A stretch of DNA of 64,000 bases from Octopus vulgaris (lineage: Eukaryota), in contig OX597822.1 in assembly GCA_951406725.2 (NCBI GenBank), positions 8,866,001 to 8,930,000 on the forward strand. Direction: 5' to 3'. This document shows positions 41,610-56,712 of this stretch, piece after piece. A program made the translations under genes and the position numbers. The notes under the pieces were generated by a model. That model was not told the origin of the DNA, made no database searches, and was given only the letters and a program-made list of their open reading frames with translations. Position 1 is the first letter of the stretch, and every line of letters starts with the position of its first letter.

Positions 41610-42213
41610 CTCTATATAGCTGTGTGTGTGCGCGTGTAAGCGCGGCGTTATGTGTGTGTGCATATGTGTTTGTACATGCGTGTGCCTTTGCGTTACTGTT
41701 TGTCTCCCACACCGCTTGACAACCAATGTTGATTCATTACGCGTCCGTAACTTCAATGAAAAGACCTCTAGGGTGAGTACAAAGCATTTACAATTATATA
41801 TTACTCCTGATTTATTCAACAAAAACACTTCAACATAGTATACCAGCATGGTCGCAGTCCAGTGACTAAAGCAAATTCACACATATATATATACTGTTGT
41901 GTCTGGGGAGAGTCATTTTGTTTTTGTGTCTTATAATGTAACACACTCACCGGTAAAATTTCCAGTTTTTTCCTATTTTTATTTTCCTAAAATTTTCGTC
42001 TTGCAACCTTTTCAATAGTCTTGACGCTGTCCGTTCTTCAACACACGAACTCATATAAAGAATCTTGCAAACCAAATCCAAAAACGAATCACATATATAT
42101 ATATAGATATTCAGAAATGGAAAGATGAGAAAAAGAGAGAGGTGGAGAGACAAACACAAATATATAGAGAGAGGTAGAGAGATAGAAGGGAACTGAGCAT
42201 GAGAATACTCTCT

Positions 42214-42423
42214 CTCTTTTACTCTTTTACTTGTTTCAGTCATTCGACTGCGGCCATGCTGGTGCACCGCCTTTAGTCGAGCAAATCGACCCCGGGACTT
42301 ATTCTTTGTAAGCCCAGTACTTATTCTATCGGTCTCGTTTTGCCGAACCGCTAGGTGACAGGGACATAAACACACCAGCATCGGTTGTCAAGCAATGCTA
42401 GGGGGACAAACACAGACACTCAA

Positions 42424-42496
<73 letters not shown>

Positions 42497-42661
42497 TACG
42501 ACAGGCTTCTTTCAGTTTCCGTCTACCAAATCCACTCACAAGGCGTTGGTCGGCCCGGGGCTATAGCAGAAGACACTTGCCCAAGATGCCACGCAGTGGG
42601 ACTGAACCCGGAACCATGTGGTTGCTTAGCAAGCTACTTACCACACAGCCACTCCTGCGCC
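42214..42661 (-). mobile_element. full-length SINE family A
   Basis: Closely similar to the other family A copies. Confidence 0.92.
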
Positions 42662-43082
42662 TATACTGTCGGTTATACATATATAAATGCAATTATATAT
42701 TATCTTTGGCCGAAATATGTTTTAATAGATACTATAAAATATTTATAGCAAATAATTTAAATATCATCTCTGACTATTAGAGCTACTGCTCTTCAAGAGG
42801 AGGCAAAATTATAGTTCTTATTTATTTATGACTCGAAATTTGTGTGCAGGCATCTTTTTTAGGGTGTTCCTAGATTTGTCTTAATTTTGCATGAGAAAAT
42901 TTGAAGACATGTGGAATTTGAAGATATGCAATATTTAAAACATTATCAGCGAGTGCCTAACATTTTTAAGTGTTTTCTTTTCAGATGTGTTTTGTGTGTT
43001 TGTATGATTGTTTATCAGCATATTGATGTTTAAATGTTCAGCAAAAATGCGTGCAGATGTGTGTGCATGTTTGGGTGTGCAT

Positions 43083-43130
<48 letters not shown>

Positions 43131-43179
43131 ATGCACACTCAAACATACACACACATCTATGCACGCATTTTTGCTGAAC

Positions 43180-43214
<35 letters not shown>

Positions 43215-44011
43215 GCTAAGCATATATATATATATACACATACATTTATATAATATGTATCTGTATATATATATACATATATTCATATGTGTACGTATGT
43301 GGAAGATGTTAAATATGCATATTGCAATATTTTATTGTGCAATCAGGTGATTATGTTAGCGGTAAGTAGTATTATATTGCAAAATTTTCATTTGATTCAA
43401 ATATTGGTTCGAAAAAATAACACCATGATAAACATATATACATACATACATATGTATATGTATACGTATATATATATAAAAACACACACATATACATACA
43501 TACATATGTATATGTATACATATATATATAAACATATATATATATAAATACATATATATAAATATATATATATATATATACATATGTATATACATATATA
43601 TATATATATACACACACTCATTTATATATGCAAATGCATACGTATATGTAAGCGTGTATATACAATGCTCACATGTGCATACATACGTGTGTGTTTGTGT
43701 AGGTGTGTGTGTGTGTGCGTGCACGTCATTACTACGAAAATAATTAACCACGAAATAAATGTCTCTCGAATGATATGAGCACATAGAAATGGAGTATTTA
43801 ATTAAGGTTTTACTGACATTATTTTCTCTACACATACAGCTACCCATATAATCATATATATGTGTTTGTGTGTATGTTTATGTATGTATATGTATACACA
43901 CATATACATGCATATAATTATATGTATGCATATACATATGCATATATATGTATACATACGAATATGTATATACACACACACATATATATACACATATATC
44001 TACATATATAA

Positions 44012-44069
<58 letters not shown>

Positions 44070-45399
44070 AAGATGGTGAACGTGATTGAACAAACAACAT
44101 TTGCATAATGTTATTATTCTATGCATAAATTTGCAAAGTAATTAAAAGATTATCATTCCACATAAAGATGTAGCAAAAAATAAGAATGGAAATTTAGCGA
44201 AGTAAATGAGAAATGCGAGAATGCGAGAATGAAATAGAAAGAGAAGTGAGATATGTTCAATTACGAGAGAGAAAAAGGTGGAGAAAGAAAGAAACGAGCA
44301 AAACATGCAAAGGATTATATGCATACTCCTTTTCTGTTTTACTGTAAAGGATACCAAAAACAAAATGCACGATCATAAATAATTCACTTTAATTTGGTTT
44401 TATATGGTCTTTTTGGAATAAGCCACCATCGTCTCTGCTGAGATCTCATTTGCATGCTAAAATATACAAGTCCCGCTTCTTGTCAAAACGAAAATCGATG
44501 TATCTAAATGTAAATAAGTTTCAGTGAGAGATTAGGTTGATAGATTTGGCATATAATTCATAACTGTAACTAGGCTTAAGTGTTTTGTTTGTATAATTTT
44601 TCTATAATTTTGTGAGCATAGGTGTGCGTACGCGTGTGTGTATGTGTGTGTGTGGACCTTTATTTGTGTATGTGGGGGCGCTCTGTTTATGTATGCGTAT
44701 TATGTTTGTGTGTGTTTGTATGTGTGTGTATGTGTGTGAATGTGTGTGCGCGATCATGGTTGCGAGTATTTTGATATCATCATTATTAATCGTTTCGGAC
44801 TAGCATTTTAATAAGTGAGTGGAATTAATAACTGTTGCAATTAATTCAAACTGTTATTAGACCCGTGTTTGATAAATTCGTACACAAATACAGCTGCAAT
44901 GTTTGGCCTTTTCTTTTCCTTTCATTTATTTACATATTTTTATTTTATTCTATTTTTTTTATATCCATGATTTCAATTTTAAATTTAACAACTAAACATG
45001 CATTTAGCATGCGTAAACATAGACAAACATACACATCATACACGCACATACACACGCAGATCCACACATAAAGAGTAAAATACTTAGACATACATGCTGT
45101 CATACAAATGCAGATATATAAACACAAGCTTACGTGTTCATAATGCATACTCACATATGTATATATACATTTCTTACATACAAAATGTTCAGAAATACGC
45201 ATGACAAGCATATAACCATATATATTTCCTGCTTTTCTTTCTCTTAGCTTCTTAAACTTTTCCTATTTTCCACTTCAGTAAATAATTACTTCTATCTTAT
45301 TCGTGTAAATGGTTGAGTAAATGTGTTACTCATTTAAATACATTAAACTGATTTAAATATATATGTGTGTGTGTGTGTGTATGTGTGTGTGTTTGTGTT

Positions 45400-45502
<103 letters not shown>

Positions 45503-46119
45503 AAATATTATTGGGTTTTCATTTTCAGATAGGTTAATGCATCTTTAAACTGTTTTATTTTCTAAAATATTTAACACTGGAACAGCTGTAAACTTACAAT
45601 GAATTCTGAAATATTGTGTATTCTTTACCATCTGAAACTACTCAGTGAAGTCAGTTATAGATAGCCTTGAAAATTTAAAATGAAACAACAGTCCATGTGT
45701 TTAAAGCATTCACTTTCTCTTGGATACCTGGATCATTCCTATTACACGCAAGGTTCATCTGGTTTCAACTTGTGAGTGAAATTCATTTGACGGTACCTGT
45801 ACCGTGGACTTTGACTGTGACTGTACCACGAGTGACAAACTTAACATTTGGCTTATGAGCAACGTTGCTTTTTCTTTTCTTTAGCTGAATTTACTATGTT
45901 GCGGGAGTCGGTCTGTAGTCCGAGAACAATCCACAACCCGTGCTTTCTTCTTTCTTCACACACAAAAGTTGTGGAGGTTATGAAAAGGATTCAATGTGTT
46001 TTACTTCTCTCCCAGATGAAACCATAAAATCTTAGCAATTTTTTAAAATTTTATTTTTACATTTACATTATCTGGTCCTCTATTTATCCCCAATAGTCTC
46101 TGGCAATCAAACATTTAAT

Positions 46120-46280
46120 CTATTGGTTTCAAATTTTGGCGCAAAGCTAGTCATTTGAGGAAAGTTGACTCCATCGGCCCCAGTAGTCAACTGGTGCTGC
46201 TTTTATTGACAACAAAAGGATGAAATGCAATGCTGACCTCACCGAAATTTGAACTTCGAATGTGGATGTGGACGAAATTT
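46120..46280 (-). mobile_element. decayed SINE family D
   Basis: AAAGGATGAAATGCAATGCTGACCTCACCGAAATTTGAACT. Confidence 0.55.
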
Positions 46281-46306
46281 CTAAAATCTTTATTACTCTG
46301 ATATTA

Positions 46307-46357
<51 letters not shown>

Positions 46358-46770
46358 TATATACATTCATACGTACGTACATACATACATGTCAAATATC
46401 TACAATCCACTTTAAGTTTGTTCTCTTTTTAGCACAATATTGAATGCGAGAGAAGAGACAAGAAGAGTTTGACCGTCCAGCCACCTTAATTATAATATTA
46501 TAATTATATTCTTATAATTACATACTTAAAAGTAATTATACCGATATAGTAGTTTTTATACGCTAGCCACAGATATAATCGTTTTAATGATTATATTCTC
46601 AATTTATACGTATGTATAATTTTGAGTTCTCTCGTCATTATAATTTGCTCCGGTACTATATTCATTCTGGCACTATTTTCTATTTCTGGCATTAATCATA
46701 TGGTTGAGATGGGCGATTAGATACAATGTATGCGCGAAAAATGCATAGGATTGGCTGCGTGGTACGTATA

Positions 46771-47207
46771 GACGTAGGAGTGACTGTGTGGTAAGTAGCT
46801 TGTTTACGAACCACATGATCCCGGGTTCAGTCCCACTGCGTGGCACCTTGGGACAGTGTCTTCTACTATAGCCTCAAGTCGACCAAAGCCTTGTGAGTGG
46901 ATTTGGTAGACAGACGGAAACTGGAAGAAGCCCGTCGTATATATTGTATATATAGATATATATTTGTTTGTGTGTGTATGTTTGTGTGTCTGTGCTTGCC
47001 CCCCCCCCCCCATCATCACTTGACAACCGATGCTGGTGTGTTTACGTCACCGTAACTTAGCGGTTCAGCAAAAGAGACCGATAGAATAAGTACTAAGCTT
47101 ACAAAGAATAAGTCCTGGGGTCGATTTGTTCGACAAAAGACGGTGCTCCAGCATGGCCACAGTCAAATGACTGAAACAAGTAAAAGAGTTTAAAAGAGTA
47201 AAAGAGT
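46771..47207 (+). mobile_element. full-length SINE family A
   Basis: Head GTAGGAGTGACTGTGTGGTAAG...GGTTCAGTCCC; tail (AAGAGTA)n. Confidence 0.9.
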
Positions 47208-47456
47208 ATATTTTGTTCTCTGTCCGCAGAAAATTGTTGCCATGCATATGTATTTCTCATATATTGTCGGTGTACTTCTACTGAAGATCGAAGGTTTTTA
47301 GTATAAAACACGTAATCTTAAGATATAGAGTTACCCGAAATTTTCTAAATCTTCTTGTCCATTCCTTACCATTCCTCCTCGTGTTATAAAGAGAACAAAC
47401 AGTGGTTTGTAGGCGCTGGCCCTATAGTGCCCTTAATTATAATTATATTTTTGTAA

Positions 47457-47803
47457 TCTTTATATATAAAAGTCAAGTTGTGTGTCTGTCTCCTACGATT
47501 TAGATTCCTAACTACTCCCACATTTTGTAGTGCAGTTTAACCAAAAGCAGGTATCTTATAGTTGTGATTCATATCGAGCCCTTCTGGGTATTAGCGCGCG
47601 TCTACGATGAGTCATACGCATTATTATATAAGAGAAGTAATCTAAAAATGTCTACGATGAGTCAACGATTTAAAAAATAATTTACCATAATTTGTTTTCC
47701 ATTTTTAATGCATTTTTTTGCTATTTTTTTACTATAACTCTCTAAAAATGCTTATATAGTTATTTCCCTTACAAACCCGAGCAACGCCGGGCGATACTGC
47801 TAG
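47457..47803 (+). mobile_element. non-autonomous Helitron
   Basis: A|TC...CCCGAGCAACGCCGGG...CTAG|T. Confidence 0.88.
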
Positions 47804-47835
47804 TATATATATATATATATATATATAAAATAGAA

Positions 47836-47878
47836 AATATTACCGGTTTCGATGATGAAATTCATTTTATCAAATATT
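47836..47878 (-). ncRNA. minimal hammerhead motif, U3-A8 core, probably inactivated
   Basis: Reverse complement AATAT-TTGATAA-A-ATGA(ATTTCA)TCAT-C-GAAA-CCGG-TA^ATATT; palindromic ACCGGT; A.C mismatch at the base of stem II. Confidence 0.5.
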
Positions 47879-48137
47879 AATAAAAATGTTGATATGGAGT
47901 AAAATCAGTTTGTGTCTATTTTCTGCATGGTGGTTAGGAGATGTCTGGTGTTTTATCGTAAAATCTTCTTCAAATATAGTTTGTTTATAAATAATTTAGT
48001 GTAGAGTTGAAGGTGTTAGAGAGAAAGAGAGCGGTGTAGCTGTCTATTGTTTAAAAAAACTCTCTGTGGGTCCATGCCGAGGAAGTAGCTTAAAAGTATT
48101 TATTAAATGGTTTTTGTGTCCAGTTGTCTGAGCGTGT

Positions 48138-48195
<58 letters not shown>

Positions 48196-49268
48196 TTGTG
48201 TGTGCGTGCGAGTGTGTGGGGGCGGATAATGTGGTGCCAAACATGCTGAAAGCTCTATAGAGTAACTGGCCTGCAACACACTACATCCCACACCTTGCCT
48301 GCTACCTTAGTACGTTTTCACTCCTCCCTCTACTTGTTGTCATGAAAGTAAGAAACAGAGAGAAGTCGAGACACAGGGAGAAAATAGCTACAGAAATTTA
48401 AATCAAGGATAGTGACCTTGAACGCAAATTTCATTTGGTTCACTAGACTCTACTCACCTTTAGAATCTTTAAAGACTTGGTGCCTTTTACATTACTCTTG
48501 AAGGATAGAAACAAGGTTATTCGAGTAGTTTTAATATTTGCCAGATTTCGGTCGTGGTCATTGTGAAATCCATTAACTATACAGAGGCGTACAATTACCG
48601 TTATTTCTCAATTTACACTACGATCTTTCGCAACCTGCCACTTAACTTTTGCATCTGGAATATATTTGTACAGAATTTTAATGTAATCATTTATAATGAT
48701 AGTGACAATGGCAAATGTCTACAGAATTAGATGTTGTTTTGAAATTTGGAAATTACAAGTCTTCTGTTATCAAGTCCAGACAGTAGTATCCCATCAATAG
48801 CAGGAATTTGTATAGAAGAGATGTCAATTTCCGGTTGAAGTTTCATAACACTAGACAACAGTTGGAATTATATACGCCTCTACGTACATATTTGCTTAGA
48901 TACTGTCTGCAATATAGTAACTGCTATACTTGGATTCTTGTATAAAATGTAATTGTATTACACTATATGTGCGCATACCTAAATAGATTCATATATTACA
49001 TTATCTTTTACTTTTGTTTTCAGTCATTGGACTACGCCCGACATTGGCCACTACTCTGAAGGGTTTTAATCAAATAAGTCAAACCCAGTACTTTTAAGAC
49101 TGGTACTTATTCTGCCCAAATTCTAAGGGGTTGTAAACTGGCCGTCAGCCAGAGATGGACTCAAACACTAAGACGCATGCATACATTACATTCACACAAA
49201 CATTTACCTATCTATCTATCTATAAATATACACACACACACACACATACACACACACACACACACACA

Positions 49269-49317
<49 letters not shown>

Positions 49318-49325
49318 GTGTGTGT

Positions 49326-49556
49326 GTTTCTTTATTACCCACAAGGGGCTAAACATAGAGGGAACAAACAAGGACAGAAAAATGGATTAAATTGATTACA
49401 TCGACCCCAGTGCGTAACTGGTACTTAATTTATCGACCCCGAAAGGATGAAAGGCAAAGTCGACCTCGGCGGAATTTGAACTCAGAACGTAACGGCAGAC
49501 GAAATAGGGCTACGCATTTCGCCCGGCGTGCTAACGGTTCTGCCAGCTCGCCGCCT
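49326..49556 (-). mobile_element. full-length SINE family D (Nin/Deu-like domain) with a Tx1/L1-type tail
   Basis: Reverse complement GGCGGCGAGCTGGCAGAA...GAGTTCAAATTCC...GTCGACTTTGCCTTTCATCCTTTCGGGGTCGATAAATTAAGTACC...AATAAAGAAAC. Confidence 0.88.
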
Positions 49557-49605
<49 letters not shown>

Positions 49606-49854
49606 ATGACTATATATATTTATGTGTGTGTATGTATTATATATATATGCATATATATATTTATTTATATATATATAATATCTATAAAATTGAAGTTTTC
49701 TCTGTGTGTATGTGAGTGTGTGTGTAAAAATTTAATTTACCTCAAAGGCTACTTAGATTTTTAGAAACATTGATATTGAGGCCTAAAGAGCGATGGGAAA
49801 CCAACACTTGATGATTCCTATTCATTTGTGTTAATCTGCCGTTTTATAATTTGG

Positions 49855-50210
49855 AGGGTCTTCCATACTGTTTTAATCTTTTTTATAAAAGTGAAAGGAT
49901 TTTGTCTATCTGTTTCCACTGTCCACCAATAACGGTGATTAAATTGACTAGGAACACTGAACGAATACATTTCCACAATTCTCAACCGACTTTCACCAAA
50001 CTTTACACTCACATTACTTATGTCCCAAGGATGGTCATGCACTAAACATTTAACCCAGAGCTCCCGCGTAAATGGACCTAAATGAACATAGTTTGTTGTA
50101 TGTAGGGCCTTCCATGCTTTTTCAATCTTCTTATAAAAGTAAAAGGATTATGTCTATTTATTTCGACTGTCCACCTGCCACGGTGATTAAATTGACTAGG
50201 AACACTGTAC
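49855..50210 (+). repeat. direct repeat pair of about 105 bp within an unclassified element
   Basis: ACGGTGATTAAATTGACTAGGAACACTG and upstream sequence present at about 49855-49960 and 50104-50210. Confidence 0.7.
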
Positions 50211-51371
50211 GTGATTAATATCCAATACCAAACAATCTTAATCTCCATATTTAAACTGCATTAAACTTTGGGAATCTTACCTTTACCTATTCTGAGTTAC
50301 TTGAAAGGTGATGTTCCTTTCCCTCTTTTCTATTTGCTAATACTTTTGTTTACCTAACAATGTGTGTCTTTATTTTAAGAATGAAATTTCGACTGTTGTA
50401 CATTGTTTCAAATACGTTTTAGCATTGTCGTTCTAGCCCTTTTTAAACAATCACGTATGATTCGTCGCAATGAATCAACCTTTAAATAAAAGCTTTGCTT
50501 TCCATAGCGAATGCTATACATATCTTTCAGAAAGCTCCATATCAATTTAACTTTATGCGGCATTATGTGGGAAGACTGAATGAAGATGCTTTTGTTAGCT
50601 TATCTGTCCGCTAAAATAAATAAATTCGCAGAGGGGAAGTTTCAACATCTTCCTTCAATTTCATTACACCATTTACGTGGCTGATTCTGACAAGAAACTT
50701 TGCTTTCATGTAAAACAACTATATTTTGTAAACACCGTCCGTAACCTACTCCCAAAACACTTCAGTAGCTCGTCTTTGCATCGTTTGCAAACTTATGTTC
50801 TATGATCATTAAAGTTCAACGACCGCCTTTAATATGATCTTCCGTTCCGAGGTTAATCGGAAACATACACTGAACCGCAAAAGAAACGAAATTTTTTCAA
50901 ATTTCAATTTTTTATAGTAAATTATGAAAATTTCTTTTGGAGATGTAAGTGTAAATATTCCAAGACATGCTGTTTTATGGCTGGGACGCAAATTGCAGGT
51001 AAGTTTTTACGTTTCCTTAAAACAAGCCTCCAAAACGCAGCTGCGATGAATGCCGTGGGTGGCAGTCGCAAACAGTTACCATGAAAACGGAAATGCACGT
51101 GCATCTCGTGGAGGTTATGAGTATAAAAATCAACTTGAACCTCGTTCCTGGCAGTCGAAATTTGTCCTTTTCTGTGTTGGTTTTTGTTTTATTTCTACTG
51201 CTAAGTACCCGTTTTATATAGCTTGTACGTTTTAACTTTTGAGATTACCTGTTGTTATTAATTTGTTTCTGTGTCTTTTGATGCATTACCTGTGATAGCA
51301 GGCTTGTGCTCACTTTCCGTTTTCTCTTTTTAGGGGCGAATGTTTTTTTTTTATATGCAAATGCAGTGCAG

Positions 51372-52170
51372 TATGGAGGTTGATAGCTTCCAATGGGAAT
51401 CAGAGGACCACGTCGTGCCTGAACAGGGTCGAATTTAACAATATCGGAGGCAGTTATGCGTCCATTGCCAAAGATGACAGTTATGCTTCCATGGCCGAAG
51501 TTAGCAGCGAGGGAGTGCAGGGCAGTTGAGAAAAGCTTGAAGATTATAATGACTTAATCCAGAAGGAGGGGTCGAATTTAAGATTGACCTCCCCCAACCC
51601 CGAGGAATTTATGGATAGCACGAAGAAGAAAAGGATCATCTATAGAACATTATCAACGACAACAAAAAAGGTAGAGATGGCATCCATGGATGCCATCGAA
51701 AAATGTTTACGCCAAATATGGAACGAAACAAAGTTCGTAAACAGAGGGAAACGTTTCGGCACGGTAAAGGTGAGATTTGCGTCCGAACAGAAAGCAATAA
51801 AACACTCGACCACACCTCTAAATTAGGCAGAGTTGGTGCTACTGCCGACTTACCTTGGTAGACGAACCTCCAAAATTAGAATTGGGGAGGTCCCACCAGA
51901 TATAAAGGAGATGTGGCTGATAGCAGCCATAATGTTAAACATGAAACAGAAAGTACACATACTTAAAACGCCCAGAACACAACAGTAGAACTGGAAGGGC
52001 TATGGCTTGGAAGTAACAATTCAAGCCACCCAAAGGGATCTGGAAGAAATTACAGATAAATTATCCTGCCCAATGAAACGAAATTAAGTGTTATATTAGA
52101 GGGCAAATGCCCAAGATGCTACAAAAGCAGGGAAAAGGCCACATAAAGGCTAAGTGTCCACAGGTTTTGC
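51372..52170 (+). pseudogene. decayed Tx1/L1-type ORF1 (gag-like RNA-binding protein with zinc knuckle)
   Basis: Reads GSYASIAK, RFGTVKVRF, YLGRRTSKIRIGEVPPDI and LEGKCPR-CYK(S)REKGHIKAKC (degenerate CX2CX4HX4C across a 1-nt frameshift); internal stops. Confidence 0.72.
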
Positions 52171-52816
52171 AACCGGCAGCACACCCTTCACCTAGCTTAC
52201 CCATACAATCACTCGAACCAAAGGACATTAAATCTGACAAACCCATCAGCCTACTAATTACCGAAATAATAGGCCGAAGGAGGGGAAGTCAACCAACAAC
52301 ACGACTAAATAAATGTAGAACAACATCCCAAAAGAAAAGAAAGCAACCAAGACTACATCAAAACGGCATGAATTAGGAACTCCAGAGAGAGAAGAGAGAA
52401 CCATGAAAGATACCAACATCGCACTATCATCAACTGAAAGCATCGACGTTGAGGAGTCGGCAAGTAAAAGAAGTGATACAAGAGGTACCCCATCCCTAAA
52501 AAGTTTACCAACTGCAAATCAAGACCAGCAACCAGAAAGTACACACACACCTATAACAAAGACAACCAACAATACGATATCACACATTTCTTACACAAGA
52601 CGCAAACAACCTACTCGTTGGCCACTTAATATCCATTCACGGAGAAAATTACACCAGCAGCATCATCTAATCCCTAATCCAGTCTCTCCAGACACAGACC
52701 CAGATATGGAACACACATATCCACTTGTTGACACGTTATTATAATGGTAAAAATTATCAACGATGGAAAATATCAGCTTCTTCACTCTCAGACGGAAAAA
52801 ATACGGCTTAGGCATT

Positions 52817-52999
52817 TTACTCTTTTACTCTTTTAATTGTTTCAGTCATTTGACTGCGGCCATGCTGGAGCACCGCCTTTAATCGAGCAACTCGACCCCG
52901 GGACTTATTCTTTTTGTAAGCCTAGTACTTATTCTATCGGTCAGAAATATTGCTATGCATTTTTTTCCGGCGCTCTAACGATTCTACCAACTCGCCGCC
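52817..52999 (-). mobile_element. junction of a SINE family A tail with a SINE family D head fragment
   Basis: Family A tail to 52941, then CCGGCGCTCTAACGATTCTACCAACTCGCCGCC. Confidence 0.6.
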
Positions 53000-53737
53000 T
53001 TTTGTCCATTATGCTTACGAATTTGCTAGCTAGCCACTTTAGACGCATTGTCTAATCTTCGATAATATTTACCTCCAAAATTTTAGTTATATTATTGAAG
53101 ACACGACCAACCGATCACTAGTCCTACTTGAGCAAGGGCCAACTTTCTAACCAGCAGTCAGTGACAACCATGACCTGCAAGTAGCCAATATCAGCAGATG
53201 ACCATAAACTCAACAACATGATCTGAACCAATGATGATAAGACTTAACTAAAAGTTGTGAAAGTCTTGTTACTCAAAAGAAACCATATTAATGCCCATGA
53301 CCGTTTCTCTTCGTCCTCTGGCACCTGTCTTGCGAATTAGAATCCAATTTACAAATTTATTTAAAAATCAAAAATGGCGTATTTAATCATGGAAGCTCTA
53401 TTAATGGCATTTGTAAATTTTATGAAACTCCAACACAGAGAAAAGTAAAAAAGATGCGAAACTGATTCGAAAACCACATTAAAAGACTTACCTATAAATG
53501 CAAGTTTATATTCGGAGACTCACTGATCGATTTGTTTATATATCACGTGTTAAATATTGCGTATACCAAGTATAAGATTATCTCGTTCTGAATACTAACT
53601 CATTACTGAAGAGAACGCTCTGGGCTGTGCCGTGGGAGTTTTCATAATGATCAGGATGATGATGAGGAAGCGAAAGCACAAGCAGGAATATAATGATGGT
53701 GAAGAGGAGGAAGTGGAGGGGATAATGATGACAGAAA

Positions 53738-54305
<568 letters not shown>

Positions 54306-54710
54306 TGACGTTGATTTTGAAAGACGTTGCTGTCCACTACTGTGGTGACCACGGAATTCTGCTTGGTCAGATTTAATTACAGTAAGGGTTGCAGCGTGTG
54401 TGCATGTGTGTGAGCGTGTGTGTGTGAATCAATGTGTGTGTGTGTGTGTATGTGTGCGTGTCTGTTCGCGTGTTTGTGCGCGCGTGGAAGTGTGTGTATG
54501 TGTGTGTGTATATATGTGTGTGTATTGTTTTGGTGTGTCGTACGGCCTATTTATATCTCTTATTGGTCACTACTTATATCATAACACAAGTTCTGCCATT
54601 GAAATTCAATGTTTAATGAGATGTCATGACTAATGTAGATGCGGGAATTTATGTATGTACACGGTCAACATAGACACACGCATACACCGTATACATACAT
54701 ACTTATCTTC

Positions 54711-54798
<88 letters not shown>

Positions 54799-54822
54799 TA
54801 TGTATATAAATACGTATATACG

Positions 54823-54920
<98 letters not shown>

Positions 54921-55342
54921 TATGTACGTATGTATGTGTTAGTACAAGAGAGACACAGAGAGAGGAGACAGACAGACTGACGGAGAAAGAAACAGAGAGT
55001 CAGCAAGACAGCGAGAAAGAGAACGGAGCGATAAGAACGAGACTACGAAGAAAGCATATAACTTATAACTGAAAAGATAATCTTCTTTGCTTACTGAATT
55101 TTATGATTTTTATGAGTCCATAATTTTCAGATTTCCTTGCAATTCGTTGCCAAATATTTATCGATATCAAAGTTGAGTTGATACTCTTCCAGGATTATTT
55201 GACACTGTTTATGAAGATTCTTAAAGCTCGTATGTCAAATGAGAGGTAGACAGCATTAGATTAAAATATATCGCAGTGTTTATTGAGACCAAGCCATTCC
55301 TACATATATCGATTTGCTACACAAACTCGAAGAGTAAAAAAT

Positions 55343-55451
<109 letters not shown>

Positions 55452-55538
55452 CCGAAAACGAAAGAAAACAAAAGAATATCAAAATACAATCCCATAAAAG
55501 TCGAGACTTTCCTACGCTGCAAGTAAAATGAAATTTAT

Positions 55539-55569
<31 letters not shown>

Positions 55570-55638
55570 CATGTCTGTGCGTGTGCGCGCATTCGCTTTT
55601 GTGTATTTATATATATACACATTCATATGTACATATAC

Positions 55639-55681
<43 letters not shown>

Positions 55682-55714
55682 CATAAATGTAATATAGATA
55701 GAGATAGACAGATT

Positions 55715-55785
<71 letters not shown>

Positions 55786-55837
55786 GTTTATAGTACAATG
55801 CATCGTGATTTTGCTTACGTTTATAAGTGCGTGGTTG

Positions 55838-55943
<106 letters not shown>

Positions 55944-56308
55944 AATATTTATATATATATACATACATATATACGCATACATATATAAGACCACATATAC
56001 ATATATACGTACGTACATACACACATGCATACATAAATGCACTCATACATACAGGTTTGTGTATTTAACAAACAAGTCTCATACAAGTGCTCTGGCAGAA
56101 AAATCTAGGCTATAGAGTTACTGGTGTTGGAGCCCGACTATAAATATTAATATGTGTGTGTGTGCATATAAATATAGATAAATAAATATTTATATGTTTC
56201 TATGTATCTTTATATATCAATGCGTGTAGATGGCTAGATAGATAGATAAATAGTTATCCAGACGGACAGAAAGAAACAAAGTCAGAACAGACAGACAGAC
56301 AGACAGGC

Positions 56309-56712
56309 ATACTCTCTTTTACTTGTTTCAGTCATTTGACTGCGGCTATGCTGGAGCACCACCTTTAATCGAGCAACTCGACCCCGGGACTTATTCTTTT
56401 TGTAAGCCCAGTACTTATTCTATCGGTCTCTTTTTGCCGAACCGCTAAGTGACGGGGACGTAAACACACCAGCATCGGTTGTCAAGCAATGCTAGGGGGA
56501 CAAACACAGACACACAAACACATACACACACATACATACATAAATATATACGACGGGCTTCTTTCAGTTTCCATCTACCAAATCCACTCACAAAGCATTG
56601 GTCGGCCCGGGGCTATAGCAGAAAACACTTGCCCAAGGTGCCACTCTGTGGGACTGAACCCGGAACCATGTGGTTGGTTAGCAAGCTACTTACCACACAG
56701 CCACTCCTGCGC
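56309..56712 (-). mobile_element. full-length SINE family A
   Basis: Closely similar to the other family A copies. Confidence 0.92.
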
